A DNA stretch of 64,000 bases from Mobula hypostoma. Lineage: Eukaryota. Below are positions 1 to 12,910 of this stretch, in pieces; the first letter of the stretch is position 1, and each line of letters begins with the position of its first letter. The translations under genes and the position numbers were made by a program. The DNA lies in assembly GCF_963921235.1 (NCBI RefSeq), contig NC_086097.1, positions 138,696,001 through 138,760,000 on the forward strand. Reading direction: 5' to 3'. The notes under the pieces are model-generated. The model was given only the letters and a program-made list of their open reading frames with translations. It made no database searches and was not told where the DNA came from.

Positions 1-99
1 AGGGCGAGTAACTGCGGTGCATGTTGGAGAGGGTGCACACTACAGCCAAACTGTACCAGTGGTGAAGGAAGGGAGTGTTCAGGGTGTGGGGTGGGATGG

Positions 100-1350
100 G
101 GTGGGGTGGACGGGGTGCGGAGCGAAGTGGCTGCTTTATCCTGGATCGCGCGAAGTTTCCAGAGAGTTGTTGAGGGCGAGTGGCGGGTTTACCAAATGAA
201 GCCCCTACATTGGCGATTCTCGCAAATCTAACTTATTTCTGTCCTCAGTTCCAACCTTGAGCGCAATTTATCAAAATTAATGCACGCAGCTTTGGGCCCG
301 AATGATTTAATTGCATCTGCACCCGGTGGCGTTATTGTCGCGTGTCGGCGAGGAGCGGGCGTGGGATGTGGGACGGTCGGAGCCTGCGGACCAGAGTAAG
401 ACTGTGGAGCGAGCTGATGTGAGACGGGAGCACAGCACCCCCTGTTAGTCCTCAAACCTTTTTGCACCTTGCATTGAAAAGCTGTGGTTTCCTTTCTCTC
501 CCCCCACCCTGATCAGCAAGTACCACAGCTCCCAGCGTCATCCGAGGAGCCGCTACAAGAGGCAGGGCCGGGACAGACGCTGTCCAGAGGTACCAAGCAC
601 ATCTCCATGCGCCGATGTTGCACTGATCCTCGCCGCTCTGGTCCGGATCCCGGGCTGACTGTTCAAACTCCTCCCGAGATCGCACGAAGCCTTGGTGTCC
701 CCGACCCCGTGGAGACGGGGCAGGATTTAAGGCGGGGGTTGAGTGCTCTGGGAGCGGCTCCGTGCGATCGGTTGTCTGGGCGCCGGCTCGCCCCATCCAG
801 GATGTCGCGGCTGGAAGGTGCCTGAAACCGGAATTATTCGGTGCGTCTACAAAGGGGGGTGGGGGCTGCAGGGAGAGCGGCCGGAGCCCAGGACACCCCC
901 CAGTTGTTGTCAGATTAATCCGGACACCGCTGGGTGCGGGGGAGCGGAGCGCAGAGTGAGCAAGAGGTCCGGCGGCACGGTCCGATCCCACCGCACGGCC
1001 CCGGAGCACAGATGCATTTTCGACTCTTTTCTCTGGCCCTGCTTCTTGTGAACTGCATGGATTATGGGCACGGCCTAAGGCAGCGAGGCAAGCGGAGCAG
1101 GAGAGGTCAGTGTCGGCGGCGGGACCCCCCGACCCATTCCGCAAACTTCCACCGGGCGCGCTGCAGTTTTACGCGGAGAGCTGATCCTGGGGCGCAGCGC
1201 GATGTGTCTGCGCGCTGAGGGGTTGCCCTGTCCCGGCCGTTGGCCCGGGTCATCAACCGGTCCCCAGTCCAACAGAGAGGAGGTAGAAGTTCCATCGTAT
1301 CCCACCCTCTCCGTGGCCGCTGCGGCTCCTGTCCCGGGCACGGCGGTGAG
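100..1350. promoter_or_regulatory. CpG island over the promoter/first coding exon of the R-spondin gene
   Basis: High GC and many intact CpGs versus the CpG-depleted remainder; overlaps the start codon at 1012. TSS not identifiable. Confidence 0.75.
1012..1105 (+). CDS. RSPO2: R-spondin-2(-like) coding exon 1: signal peptide and basic furin-type site
   Basis: ATG at 1012 gives MHFRLFSLALLLVNCMDYGHGLRQRGKRSRR, resembling the RSPO2 N-terminus (MQFRLFSFALIILNCMDY, from recall). 94 nt, then a G|gtcagt donor, phase 1. Confidence 0.92.
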
Positions 1351-1399
1351 TGAGGGGCAAGAGGCAGTTAACTCTCCCCAGCCCAGACTGTCTCAGATC

Positions 1400-2040
1400 T
1401 TTCCACCTCCCCACAACCGTCCTCAACTCCCTCCGCTTCCCCAGTCCCTTCTCCTTCTCCAATTGCTCTCCGCTATCTCAACCCTCTCCTTAATTCCTCT
1501 CCCTTTCCTCAAACCCCTCTCTCCTCTCCAAACTTCTCTCTACCCAGTCCCCTCTTCACTGCCCAGTCTCTTTCCCCATCCTCAATCCCTTTCCCTTCCC
1601 AAAAATCCTTTCACTGCAGTTCCTATCCTCTCCCAAACACTCCCCAACTTCTCTCCCCTCCCACTCCAATCTTTCTCCCTCCCCACCCCAATTACTTTTC
1701 CCTTCCCCTACTCTGCTCACTTCCCCAATCTATTTCCATCTCCTAAACCCTCCCCAACTCCTCTCCCCTCCCATTCCCTCTCCACCTCCCTACCTACGCA
1801 CAACTCTCTCCCATCCCCTCTCGCCTCCCAATCCTGTCTCCCCATTTCCTCACTGGTCCACTCTCACTCTTCTCTCTGAACCCTATTTCCAACTTATACT
1901 CCTTACTCCAATCCCCTCTCTAAATCCTCTCCCTCTCCCTCTCCCATCTCCCCTTCCTTTCCCAATTCTCTCCTTGATCCCGACCCCTCTTTCGTCTTTC
2001 TCCAGTCGCTCCCTCTCCTTTGCCCACTGTCCCACACGAC
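1400..2040. repeat. Pyrimidine-rich low-complexity tract
   Basis: C/T-dominated sequence almost lacking G on the + strand. Confidence 0.85.
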
Positions 2041-2389
2041 TTCCCGGGATCTGTTTCATTTCCCCAGCGAGTGTAGGTGTAGGTGGGGCTGAGATATCCC
2101 AACAAAACTCGGAGATGTACACATACGAGCCCGATGCGTAGGACCACAGGGTCCTGATGCATCCGGACCCTCCCCAGTCGAGGCGGGAATTCTGAGGATC
2201 AATTCCCAGCAGGACTGTCTGTTTCTACTGTCAACAGTCATAGGCTCTGAAACCTCCCTTGCCCGTACTGCATTAATGGTAGGGCCGAACCTAACCGAGC
2301 TGACAATACTGAGAGAGTGTCACACCGTGAGAGGGGTGGTCATGATGGAGTGTGGGAGAGGGTGTAATGAGGGAGTGTCACACTGTCAG

Positions 2390-2790
2390 AGTTGCGTTAC
2401 TGAGGGAGTGCCGTACTGCTGGAGGGGCGTTAGAGGCAGCGATGAGGGAGAGTCACACCACGGGAAGGGGACTACTGAGGGACTGTTGCACGCAATACTG
2501 ACGGTGTGCATTTTTACCAGTAGTCTGTCATTCACATGAGACGTTCGCTGTGGTCTTGTCTGCCCGCTCCTATTTGTGTCATTGTTTCCTCGACACTTTG
2601 TTAACAGAGAGCAGGCTGCTCTCCTTTGGTCACCGCCAGAATTTATTGCCGAGTGGATGTCACACTATCCTGCCATTATTACATTGCTATCTGTGGGATC
2701 TTGCTATTCAGAATTTGGCAGTCTGATTTCCAATGTGGCTGTACCTGTCGAGGCTTTGGGGTTCGAAAGGTGCTTTAAATACGGTACAAA
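2390..2790 (+). mobile_element. Degraded DeuSINE (SacSINE1-like)
   Basis: actgagggagtgccgtactg...atgagacgtt...tgtgggatcttgct...gctttggg...gaaaggtgct follows the Deu-domain pattern as recalled. Related copies at about 9680-9895, 11135-11560 (-), 41640-41830 and 53760-53940 (-). Confidence 0.55.
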
Positions 2791-3199
2791 ATCCTGTAGC
2801 GTGGAAGTGTTTCGCTACCGGATCAGAGTATGTTGAACATTATTTTATAGTGTGTTTGTAATTTTCTCAGACTAATAAACAGGAGGATAACTTTGCTAAG
2901 TAGCTTGTGAGGTGTCAGGCGCGCTGTAGCGGTTGACTGGTCTGGTCGAGAGGAGCGCGGCTTGTTTGTGAGTCCAATCAGACATCGGGAGGCTGGCTCT
3001 CAGCTGCCCTCAAGTGGCCAGGAAACTTCCTCTCTATCACCTGACCGAGGCGGCTCAAACCTCCACGGCTCTTAACGTGATGTCAGAATCAGAATATGAT
3101 TATTTTTTAAACTTGTTTTACATAGCCTTAGTTATTCGGTTGAGGGAGTGCATCTTGCAATCAAGCACTTAAGTTGGTTCTATACCATTGCTTTATAAC

Positions 3200-3925
3200 C
3201 ACCCATTCTCCTGCAACACTCCCTGTCTCTGTAACCACCTCAACCCCTACACCTCTACATCCCTTCCTATTTCTGTGACCTCTACAGCCCTTTCAACCCT
3301 CCCGATCGCTGTAACACTGTCAGACCCCTAACTCTGTAACCACCACAATCCCTCCCTGTCTCTGCAAACCCACTCCGGTCGCTACAAACCCCATATTTGT
3401 AAAATCTCCATCAGTCTCTGTACCCCTCCCTATCCATGTAATTACCTCCAGCCCCTCCACTCTCTGCAACTCCTTCCAGTCCTAAGCACATCGCTCACTC
3501 TGTAACCTTCTCCAAGCCCTTCATCCCTTCCTATGTCTGCAAATCCCTCTAGTCACTACACCCCTCTCTATGTCTGTGCCCCCTCCAGCTGTACACAATC
3601 TTGCTCCTATGTACTTGTCCAGCCCTTACACCACTTCTGACCTCCATGACCTTCATGTACCTTGGTATTTCTGTAACCACCTCCCGTCCTTTCACCCCTC
3701 CCTGTCTCTTTATGCCCTCCTGCCCTTACCCTCCTCCCTAAATGAAACACTACTCCACCAGGGATGTCTTCCAGCTACTAATTCCTTAGCACCCATGTCA
3801 ACTCTCCTATTGTCCTCACCATCTGATAACTCCTCCAGCCCTTGTATCCGTTCCTATTCCCCAAGTGCTCCAGCCCTTACACCTGTTCCTAACTCTGTAA
3901 ACCTACACTCCTTCCCCAAACCTTA
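3200..3925. repeat. Degenerate C-rich minisatellite (ctctgtaacc/ctccagccc motifs)
   Basis: Recurrent tctgtaac and ccagccc words; a similar patch occurs at 6260-6450. Confidence 0.6.
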
Positions 3926-4399
3926 TGTTAATGCAGGGCATGGTATAAATAAGGAAACAAGAAGCAAATGTAGTGGGACGAATACAATTTCCTAGAGGGA
4001 CTTTAATATACAGTGCATATACATTTTGCAAAGTAAATGTATATTTACATCCCAAGCAGTGATAGCTTGGGAAATAAAGTCATGATCTTATACCAGGTGG
4101 TTTCCCAGACCAGGATATTGAGGGAGCGAAGGGGAACAGTCTGCTTTATATCTAGTGCCGTACACCTTATATCAATTGGCTTTTAGAATAATAGAATTCT
4201 GCAAAAAAATGGAAATGATTTAGTTCAATCTGAAACTAGTGTTCTAAATCTGAACAAAATAATTGGGAACGCATAAATTGGTAAATTGGGAAACGACAAT
4301 AAATATGACCATAAATAAGCAAGAAGAAACAGTCATAGAATTAGTACACAGCTTATATCAAGAAAACTCTTCAGAGAGTGAAAGCCTGGTAGAAAAAAT

Positions 4400-6250
4400 T
4401 GTCCTGCTGTGACAAACAAGAGTTATAGAACGCCTTAGATCAAAGTCCATAATGTCAGCCAAAAAGGAGCTAGAAATTTTCAGATGCCAGGTAAGGGAGA
4501 CTGAAACTTGGATAAAGAAAGATAAAGCAGGAAATGAGAATTAATTAGTGAGAAACATAATAATAAACTTTCCACGGATCTGGAAAAAGGGAAATATGAG
4601 CAGAAGTTAATATGGTTCCTGTATAGACTGAGACAGTAGCTATAATGGAGAACGAGTAGGCAGCAAGGAAATTAAACAAATATTTGGTGTTGATCTTCAC
4701 TGAAGACACAGAGAAACCTTATTGAAACAGTGAACACCAGGACGAGAGGGGGAAAAGGCAAAGGTAATTAATGTTAATTGAAGAAAGCTGGAGAGGCTAA
4801 CTTAACTGAAAGACAGAAGTTTCCCAAGTCCTGCACCCCGGGGTTTAAAGAAAGTGGTGATAGAGCGAGAGAATGTACCGGATATCATCTTCCAAAGATC
4901 CATAGCTTCTATAACAGATTGGAAAGTAGAAAGCGTGGCCTACGATTAAAGAAAGAAGCGAAAGAGAAACAGGGAAGTGTAGAACAGTTAGCTCGATATT
5001 GTGGTAAAGCAAACTGCTGGACCCCATTGAAAAGTCAGTGTGAACAGAGAACTTCAAAGACAATAAAATTGACCAGAGTCAGTGTGGATCTATGAAAACA
5101 ATACCATTTTTCACCAGCAGATTTGGACTTTCACAAGGCCATTGAACAACAGGTTATTAAACAAGAATGGGAGCACATGGGGTGTGTAATGGCTTGGTTG
5201 TTTGACAGGAGGTAGGGAGAAGAAGTAGGTCACATTTTGACATTGTTGGGATGGGTGGCAGTGGCTAATGGGATTTTCAGAGATTGGTTCTGGGAACCTG
5301 CTGTTCACAATTATGAGCAGTGATTTTGCAAGAAAGAATCAAAGTGAAGTATATTGAAGCTTGCTGGTGATACAAAACTGGGTGGCATACGGGGGCAATG
5401 TGGATATGGCGGAGAGGACTGAGGTTTACAGAGATGGGCAGAATGAATGGGTGAGGACAAGGCAGACAAAATGGAGTATAGAAAAGTGTGAGGTGAAATA
5501 GTCTATTTTTTCCATTTTTGTTCTATTTTGTAGAGAAAAAAATGAATTCAGAGCATTTTCTAAATGGTGTGAGTCTGAAAGGTATTGATATTCAGGGTAT
5601 CCTTGTGCACAAAACACTGGAATTTAACCCATGCAGATAGAGCAAAGCAATTAGCAAGGCAAATATAATGCTGACCTTTATTGATTTGTGTAGAAGGGTA
5701 AAAATGTCTTGTATGCTACCAGGTGAGAATACATCTGATAGTTGTGTAGAAGCTTGGTCTCTGTATCTAAGGAAAGATGTATTTTTTTTGTGATGAGAGA
5801 GTGTAGCAAAGATTCACCAGAGTGATCCTGGGATGAAGGATCCCAGATGTCATCCTGGGATGTCGTACAACAAGGCTTAAGATATCTAGGTATGCATGCT
5901 CAAGAGCTTAGTAGGATCAGAGATTCTCACAGGACTTGACAGGGGAGAAGTGGATGTGATGTTTCCCCTGTCTGGAATCATTCTCGTTGGTCATTCAGGA
6001 CAGAGATGAGAAGAAATGTCTTCATCCAGTTGGTAAATCTTCAGAATCATTCACCCTGGAAGGCTGTGGAGGCTTCGTCACTGGGTATATTCAAGAGAAA
6101 TATAGACAAGTTTTTAGATATTTAGGGAATCAAGATTGGAAGGTTAGTGTAGGTAGATGGCATGAAAGTAACAGATCAACTGTCATCTTATTGAATGGCT
6201 ACTGGGCAAGGAGTGCTAGATAGCCTGTCCCTGTATCTATTTTTCATGTT
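4400..6250 (+). mobile_element. Old, degraded CR1 LINE (ORF2 and 3' end)
   Basis: Collinear similarity to the intact CR1 at 56444-58578 (e.g. gcttgctggtgatacaaaactgggtgg corresponds to the FADDTKLGG region); many stops and indels. Confidence 0.75.
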
Positions 6251-7162
6251 TTACATTCTATCCCTGGAACTCCTCAAGCACTGTCACTGTAACACTCTCC
6301 AGCCCCTAAACCCCTCCCTTTCCCTGCAGCCCTCACCAACCCCTGTAACCCCCTCCAGCTCCTATCACTATAAACCCCTCTGGCCCCTACACCCACACTC
6401 CCCTTATCCCTGTAACCCTTCCCAGCTCCATAACCCTTTGCCTTTGACCAAGTCCTCCCCAGATGTACCTGGTGCACTCAGCTGCCTGTACCTGATCTCT
6501 GCACTTTCCTTCCTGAACCTCAACTTCACTCTTCCTCCCCACAGCATCAAAGTACCTTGGGCTGATTTATGGGAGAGGCTTGGTGAGCATTGGGATCTGA
6601 ATGGAGTTAGTGGAGATTGGTGAAAGGAAAATAGGTTTAGTGCAGATGGATCAGCATGTTGACATCGTGTGGAGGCTTGTGTGCTTCAGGGACTTCATCA
6701 GGTGATGCCAGCTCAGGGCCACCCATGTTGGAATGACTGTGGACGAGATCCCAGATGAAGATTGATCCAACCCCGGCTCCTGAACGGACCGACTGGTGAC
6801 CGCCCACCTCCCACCTCCCACCTCCCACCTCCCACCCCTGGGCCATGCCATATGAAACAATAACAACAAGTGCAGATGGTGCTTCTTGTCCAGCACGGGC
6901 TTGCTGGCTGAAGAGACTGATTGCATGCTGAATGACTAATTAGGAACCTTAATTGTGATGTAGCTTCTGTCAGCTCCTTCATGTTGTAAAGGCAAATAGT
7001 AGTTAGCTCCATCAGCAAAGGCTCCCTTACTGGAGGCAGTAAACCCTCATCCACCCAGAGCCTGATGTAACATGGTGTCAAGTCTCAGAGGACATGATAC
7101 TCTAGGTTCTTAAAGATACACTACACTTACATACACTAGAGTAGGAAGCCTCAGTCTTGGTT

Positions 7163-7843
7163 AAGTCAAGTCGTCACTTTTTATTGTCATTTCGACCATA
7201 ACTGCTGGTACAGTACACAGTAAAAATGAGACAACGTTTTTCAGGACCATGGTGCTATATGAAACAATACAAAAACTACACTAACTATGTAAAACAACAC
7301 AAAAACTACACTAGACTACAAACCTACCCAGGACTGCATAAAGTGCACAAAACAGTGCAGGCATTACAATAAATAATAAACAAGACAATAGGCACAGTAG
7401 AGGGCAGTAGGTTGGTGTCAGTCCAGGCTCTGGGTATTGAGGAGTCTGATGGCTTAGGGGAAGAAACTATTACATAGTCTGGTCGTGAGAGCCCAAATGC
7501 TTTGGTGCCTTTTGCCAGATGTCAGGAGGGAGAAGAGTTTATATGAGGGGTGCGTGGGGTCCTTCATAATGCTGTTTGCTTTGCGGATGCAGCGTGTGGT
7601 GTAGATGTCTGTGATGGCGGGAGGAGACACCCTGATGATCTTCTCAGCTGACCTCACTATCCGCTGCAGGGTCTTGCGATCTGAGATGGTGCAATTTCCG
7701 AACCAGGCAGTGATGCAGCTGCTCAGGATGCTCTCAATACATCCTCTGTAGAATGTGGTGAGGATGGGGGGGTGGGAGATGGACTTTTCTCAGCCTTCAC
7801 AGAAAGTAGAGATGCTGCTGGGCTTTCTTGGCTATGGAGCTGG
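7163..7843 (-). mobile_element. Rex1/Babar non-LTR retrotransposon, 3' fragment
   Basis: Minus ORF 7454-7657 (KDPTHPSYKLFSLLTSGKRHQSIWALTTRLCNSFFP) is the typical Rex1 RT C-terminus, followed by 3' UTR and a short repeat tail. Confidence 0.8.
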
Positions 7844-9679
7844 GGGATTTCAGGTTGTATACTGTACACATTCTCTGATATTAAATTGAACCATTAAACA
7901 TTATACACACTATGGGAATGGTGGCTATGCGGTCACACAGTGTAGTTCACAGAATGTACTGTATGGGACGTGGGGCTTCACTTACATACCAGTCCTGAGT
8001 AAGTTGAGTGTCAGTCCGGGGGAAGGTGGGGAAAGGCGTGGAGCCCATTCTACTGCCTTGCTGAGGATTTTCTGCATTTTCTGCTTTTCAGTGCGACAAG
8101 CAACATTCTGCAGCTTTTTTTTTGTTGTTTTGCAAACTCAGGGCAGTGAGTTGCGCCCGACTATCTGTAGCTACTTCTTCAATGACCTTTCCCCTCCATC
8201 GTACAGCCGAAAGTAGGGATGTTCACCTATGACTGCACAATATTCAATTCCATTCGCAACTCAGCTCATGAAGCAGCTGGTGCCTGCACACAGCATGACT
8301 TGGGTAATGTTCAGGCACAGGCTGAGTAAATGCCACGTAACATTTGAGCAACCCAAGTATTACCGTAGTGTTTGCTGGTTATACCGAGCTTTCCCGTTCT
8401 GTATGGTTGTGTGGAGGAAATTCAGACTGGTTGGCAACTGGTTAACTCACCAGTAAGACTCACCCATTATGTGCACACACGCTGCTCTCAAGTTAGTGAT
8501 TGGTCTCTTACGTTTTGATGCAGACTTCTGTTGTTTCCTTAAAAGGTTTTCAGAATGAATTGTATGATGTAGCAACACTGCTGGTGATTAGTCGAGAGGT
8601 TATGTGACACATACTACGAGATATTGTTCATTAATCTGTAATACACTGGAATTTGGAAAACACTTTGTGTTTTTTGGGCTTGTGTATTCTATTTGTTCGG
8701 TAATTTTGATTTATTTCAATGGCAGCTTTATACTGGAACAACTCCAGTTTTCTAGAGAATGGAGTTACAATGGTTGCACAATTCAAATAGACACTCATTT
8801 CAGAATTGTATCCTATTGAATTCCAGCTTAGAAAATGTCCATATTTAGATCCCAAAAGCCTGGATGCCCAAATGTCACCAATGCGCATCAATATTTCTAA
8901 AGAAAACATGTACCCTAGTTGAAATAAGTTAGAAAGGTATCATTACAGCATGATTTTAGCTTAACTATATACATGCAAACTCACTTCAGATTATAAGTAA
9001 GCCCTTTAGAAAAATGAAACCTTTGGTCACAATCCTGCCAGAACTCCGCCCTACAGGTCTTCAAGCAATCCCCTGTCAGAGGTAGTGTTTCCTGGTGATC
9101 TCTCAGTGCCAATCTGATAGTCAATTATAATGGAACACAAAATCTTATGTACAAATAATAAACAAATATATTTGCTTCATGGTGGTTTTTAGTTCTGCTT
9201 TTTTAACGCCTGTAGCAGCTGAAATAACAAACACAAGCATCCTGTGGAACGCATTAACTTAGCTGGGAGTTTACATTTGAACGTAGGGATTGCATGTGAC
9301 AATGGCTGAGGTGGTATTCTACCACAATTCAGCTCAAATAACACGAACAAACTATTGATGAGTATATCTTAGGCTGGTAGCATTCCATTCTTGAGATCAG
9401 AAAGCTCTCCGATCCTGCAACACCTCTTGACAGACCCACTCCTCGCTCGGTTATTCCATATTGCCACTTTAGCATTTTGTTTTGCACTATTTTAGATTGC
9501 CCTACAATCTTGGCAAGATTGTAACAAAACCACCCTGTTGTTTGGAGCCTCTCACTGTCTTACCTGTTCTATTTATTATTTCTGTGTGTACTACTGGTCT
9601 GCCAGCTTCACCTGAGCCAGAAACTCCGTGGCATCCTGGTGTGTACGACAAGAAACTGATCTGAAAGTAGTCCCGATGG

Positions 9680-9895
9680 TGGTGTTGCACTGTCAGAGGT
9701 GCTACCTTTTGGAAGAGACATTAACAGAGGAACCACCTGCTCTCTCAGTAGAGGTATATGGTCTTGTTGTACAATATACTGAAGGGGGAATGATTTCTTA
9801 CCAATGTCAGGCAGATACCAATCCCTTCATCCACTTCACTGAATCAAGAGATCTGATCACAGTCATATTGTTTGTGGGAGCTTCCTTGTGGCTAC
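9680..9895 (+). mobile_element. DeuSINE fragment
   Basis: gtgttgcactgtcagaggtgctaccttttggaagagacattaa...tgtttgtgggagctt, the Deu-domain pattern. Confidence 0.55.
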
Positions 9896-10699
9896 TACAG
9901 TGGTCATGCTTAACCAGTACTTCACTCTGTCCGTCCCAGAATGGCCCATAGCTAGGAAAAGTGCAAAGGAAGTGCAACGTTTTACTCCTGTCTGAACGTG
10001 GAAGGGTAGGGATCTGTCAACTGAAAGTAGAGATCTCTTCAAATGGGCAGTCCCCTGTAGAAGTTGGCACAACCTGCAGTGCACTGAGGGTTAGGAGGCT
10101 TGGTAGATGCTCAGGAACTCGATGAGTATGATCAGCTGCAGAATAAAGATCTGTCGAAGAAAATTATATTCACCAGAATGGCTGTAAGGGTGAACAAGGC
10201 CAGTGGCCAAACTTAGTTTGGCCAATTGATTGGAAGAGCTACCACAATGTTACCTGGAGCTGCAGGGGCAGTGTAACACTACTGCCTGCTAAAGCAGACC
10301 CTGTCCAGGGTTTGTAAGTGTTGTTAAGGCTGAGGCCCATGAGGATGAGGAGAAATGGATTCTGCTTTACAACATCAGCTGGCCATGGGTTAAAAAGTGG
10401 TATCTGTGTCAAATTACTGTTTGCTTAATGAATGGTAAGTAATAAATTCTGAGAACATTGCTGGCCCGTGTGGCATTTACTTTCTGTCCTCAGTTAGATG
10501 TTTGTGGTGGAAGGACCTACTGGTATAACTTTGCTGGGTCAGTTTAGACTTGAGCAATTGGAGAGGGTCTAGAGTCACATGTAGGATTACTCCAGGTGAG
10601 GATATCAGGTTCTCTTCTCCTGTTGGGTTGCTGTGGCAACATAACACCTTGCTGAATGCAGTTTCCATTCCAGATCAGTCTTTTCCACATGTCTAAGTG

Positions 10700-10960
10700 G
10701 GTTTGGTTTACTATTGTCACATATACCGAGATACAGAGGAGAACTTGTCTTGTGTACACTGTCCAGAGCAAATCATTATACAGTACTGTACATTGAGATA
10801 AAATAAGGTGAAACCGTAACAGTACAGAATAAAATGTAAATGCTACCGACAGTGAAAGATCATTAGCAGATGGACCGTGAGGCCAAGAGTCCATCTTATC
10901 ATACAAGAGTCTGACAGTAGTGGGATAGAAGCTGTCCTTGAGCCTGATGGGCATGAACTC
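10700..10960 (-). mobile_element. Rex1-like 3' end fragment
   Basis: Minus frame IRLKDSFYPTTVRLL plus a tail similar to the other Rex1 copies. Confidence 0.6.
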
Positions 10961-11395
10961 TTTCTCTGAATTTGGCACTGTAGGGTAAGGATTGGCAGGA
11001 ACGTCACAATTTGGAGAATTGCAAGGAGAACCAGATACCCTCATAAGTTTCACCCTGGGATTGTTGAATATAATTCTGTTTTTCGGTGTGAATGATCTTT
11101 TGCTTATATGCAGGACCCCAAAACTAAAAAAAAAAAGACTTGCATTTCTTTAGTGTGAAATCAAAGATCCCCAGAACACCTGAAATTCTGTAAAGTCTTT
11201 TTTTCAGTCTGGGTTGATACAGAAAACACAATGGCTAAGTTGTGTACAACAAGCTCCAACAAAGAGCAATATCATGGTGGCCTGATAATCTGGGTCTCTG
11301 ATATTATTTGAGGGATAAATATTACCCCATCCCTTCCATATATATCATGGGATTCTTTATATGCAATGAGAGAACAGCTGGGAGGTAAAAGGGGG

Positions 11396-11495
11396 GTCCT
11401 GATGAAGGGTCTCAGCCCAAAGCATCAACTGTTTACTCTGTTCCATAGATGCTGCCTGGCCTGCTGAGTTCCTCCGGCAATTTTGTGTGTGTTGC
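11396..11495 (+). mobile_element. Penelope-like element terminal segment with degenerate hammerhead motif, inserted in a minus-strand DeuSINE
   Basis: gtc-CTGATGA-agggtctcagccc-aaag-catc-aactg followed by gatgctgcctggcctgctgagttcctcc...tgtgtgtgttgc, the same terminus as at 52392-52493. Confidence 0.75.
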
Positions 11496-11889
11496 AGAGA
11501 ACAGTTTAAGTCCTCTTTTGAAAGACTCCTCCAATGGTTCAGCCTCTGTTCAGAACTACTCAGGATTATTGACTTGGAGCCGTGACCTCCTGTGTCAGAG
11601 GCAAGAGTGGTCAACCGAGTACTCTTGGTGATAACATATTCTGTTGCCTAACAGCTGCCCTCCCCGCACCCCAGGTTGGCATTACATCAGCTCTCTAGGT
11701 CTATAATGGAAGCAGGTGGGATTTAGGCAATATACAAGTGGTGAGTGGTTATAGGGTGCTACTGGGCTCTCAGTGAAGAACTCCCAGCATGCCAGGCCTG
11801 GAGTTCGTCTGCATGACATCTTTGGTTAACTTGCGGAACTTTAGGAGCATTTTTTGATTTGAACTGATGAGAACTTAAAAATAAATAAA

Positions 11890-12910
11890 AGTAAAATATA
11901 TTTATTATCAGAGCACATACATGTCACCACATACAACCCTGAGTGTTTTGTTCCTGAGGGTATACTTGGCAAATCTATAGAATGGTAACTATAAAGAGGA
12001 TCAATGCAAGATCAAGTAGAACATAGAAGACGACAAACTGCAAATACAAATATCGATAAATAGTAGTAAATAACAAGAATATGAAATAACAAGATAAAGA
12101 ATCTTTGAAAGTGAGATCATTGGTTGTGGGAATATCTCAATAGATGAGTGTAGTTATTCTCTTTTGTTCAAGAGCCTGATGGTTGAGAAGTAGTAACTGT
12201 TCTTGAACCTGGTGGTTCAAGTCCTGAGGCACCTGTACCTTCTACCTGATGGCAGCAGCAGTGAGTGAAGATCATGGCCTGGGTGGCGAGTATCTCTGAT
12301 GATGGATGCTGCTTTCCTACGACACTATTATTTCATGTAGATGTGCTTAATGGTTGGAAAGGCTTTACCCAAGATGTACTGGGCCAAATTCACTACCTTT
12401 TGTAGGATTTTCTGCTTAAAGTCATTGGTGTTCCTACACCAGGCCATAATGCAGCCAGTCAATACACTTTCCACCATGTATCCAAAGAAGTTTGTCAAGG
12501 TTTGTGATGATATGCTGAATCTACACAGACTTCTAAGGAAGTAGAGGCACTGTCATGCTTTCTTTACAATTACATTTATATGATGAGTCCAGGACAGGTC
12601 CTTTGAGATAGTGACACCCAGGCATTAAAAGTTACTGACATTGGGTGAGAGGTTGTTGTTATGACATCACTCAGCCAAATTTTCAGCCTCCCTCCTGTAT
12701 GCTGATTCATCATCCCCTTTGATACAGCCTGCAATAGTGGTGTCAGCGGCAAACTTGAATATGGTGTTGGAGCTGTACTTAGCCACACAGTCATAGGTGT
12801 AAAATGAGAAGAGCAGGGGACTGAGCACACGTCCCTGTGGTGCTCCTGTGCTGATGGAGATTGTGGAGGAGATGTTTTTGACAATCTGAACTGACTGGGG
12901 TCTGCAAGTC
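11890..12910 (-). mobile_element. Rex1/Babar fragment with inactivated RT
   Basis: Minus ORF 12667-12912: ISTGAPQGRVLSPLLFSFYTYDC...FKFAADTT (FADD changed to FAAD), continuing into a degraded C-terminus and 3' UTR. Confidence 0.85.

Noticed and set aside
1202..1879. 225-aa Pro/Ser/Leu-rich ORF
   Set aside because: Low-complexity pyrimidine tract lying after the exon 1 splice donor.
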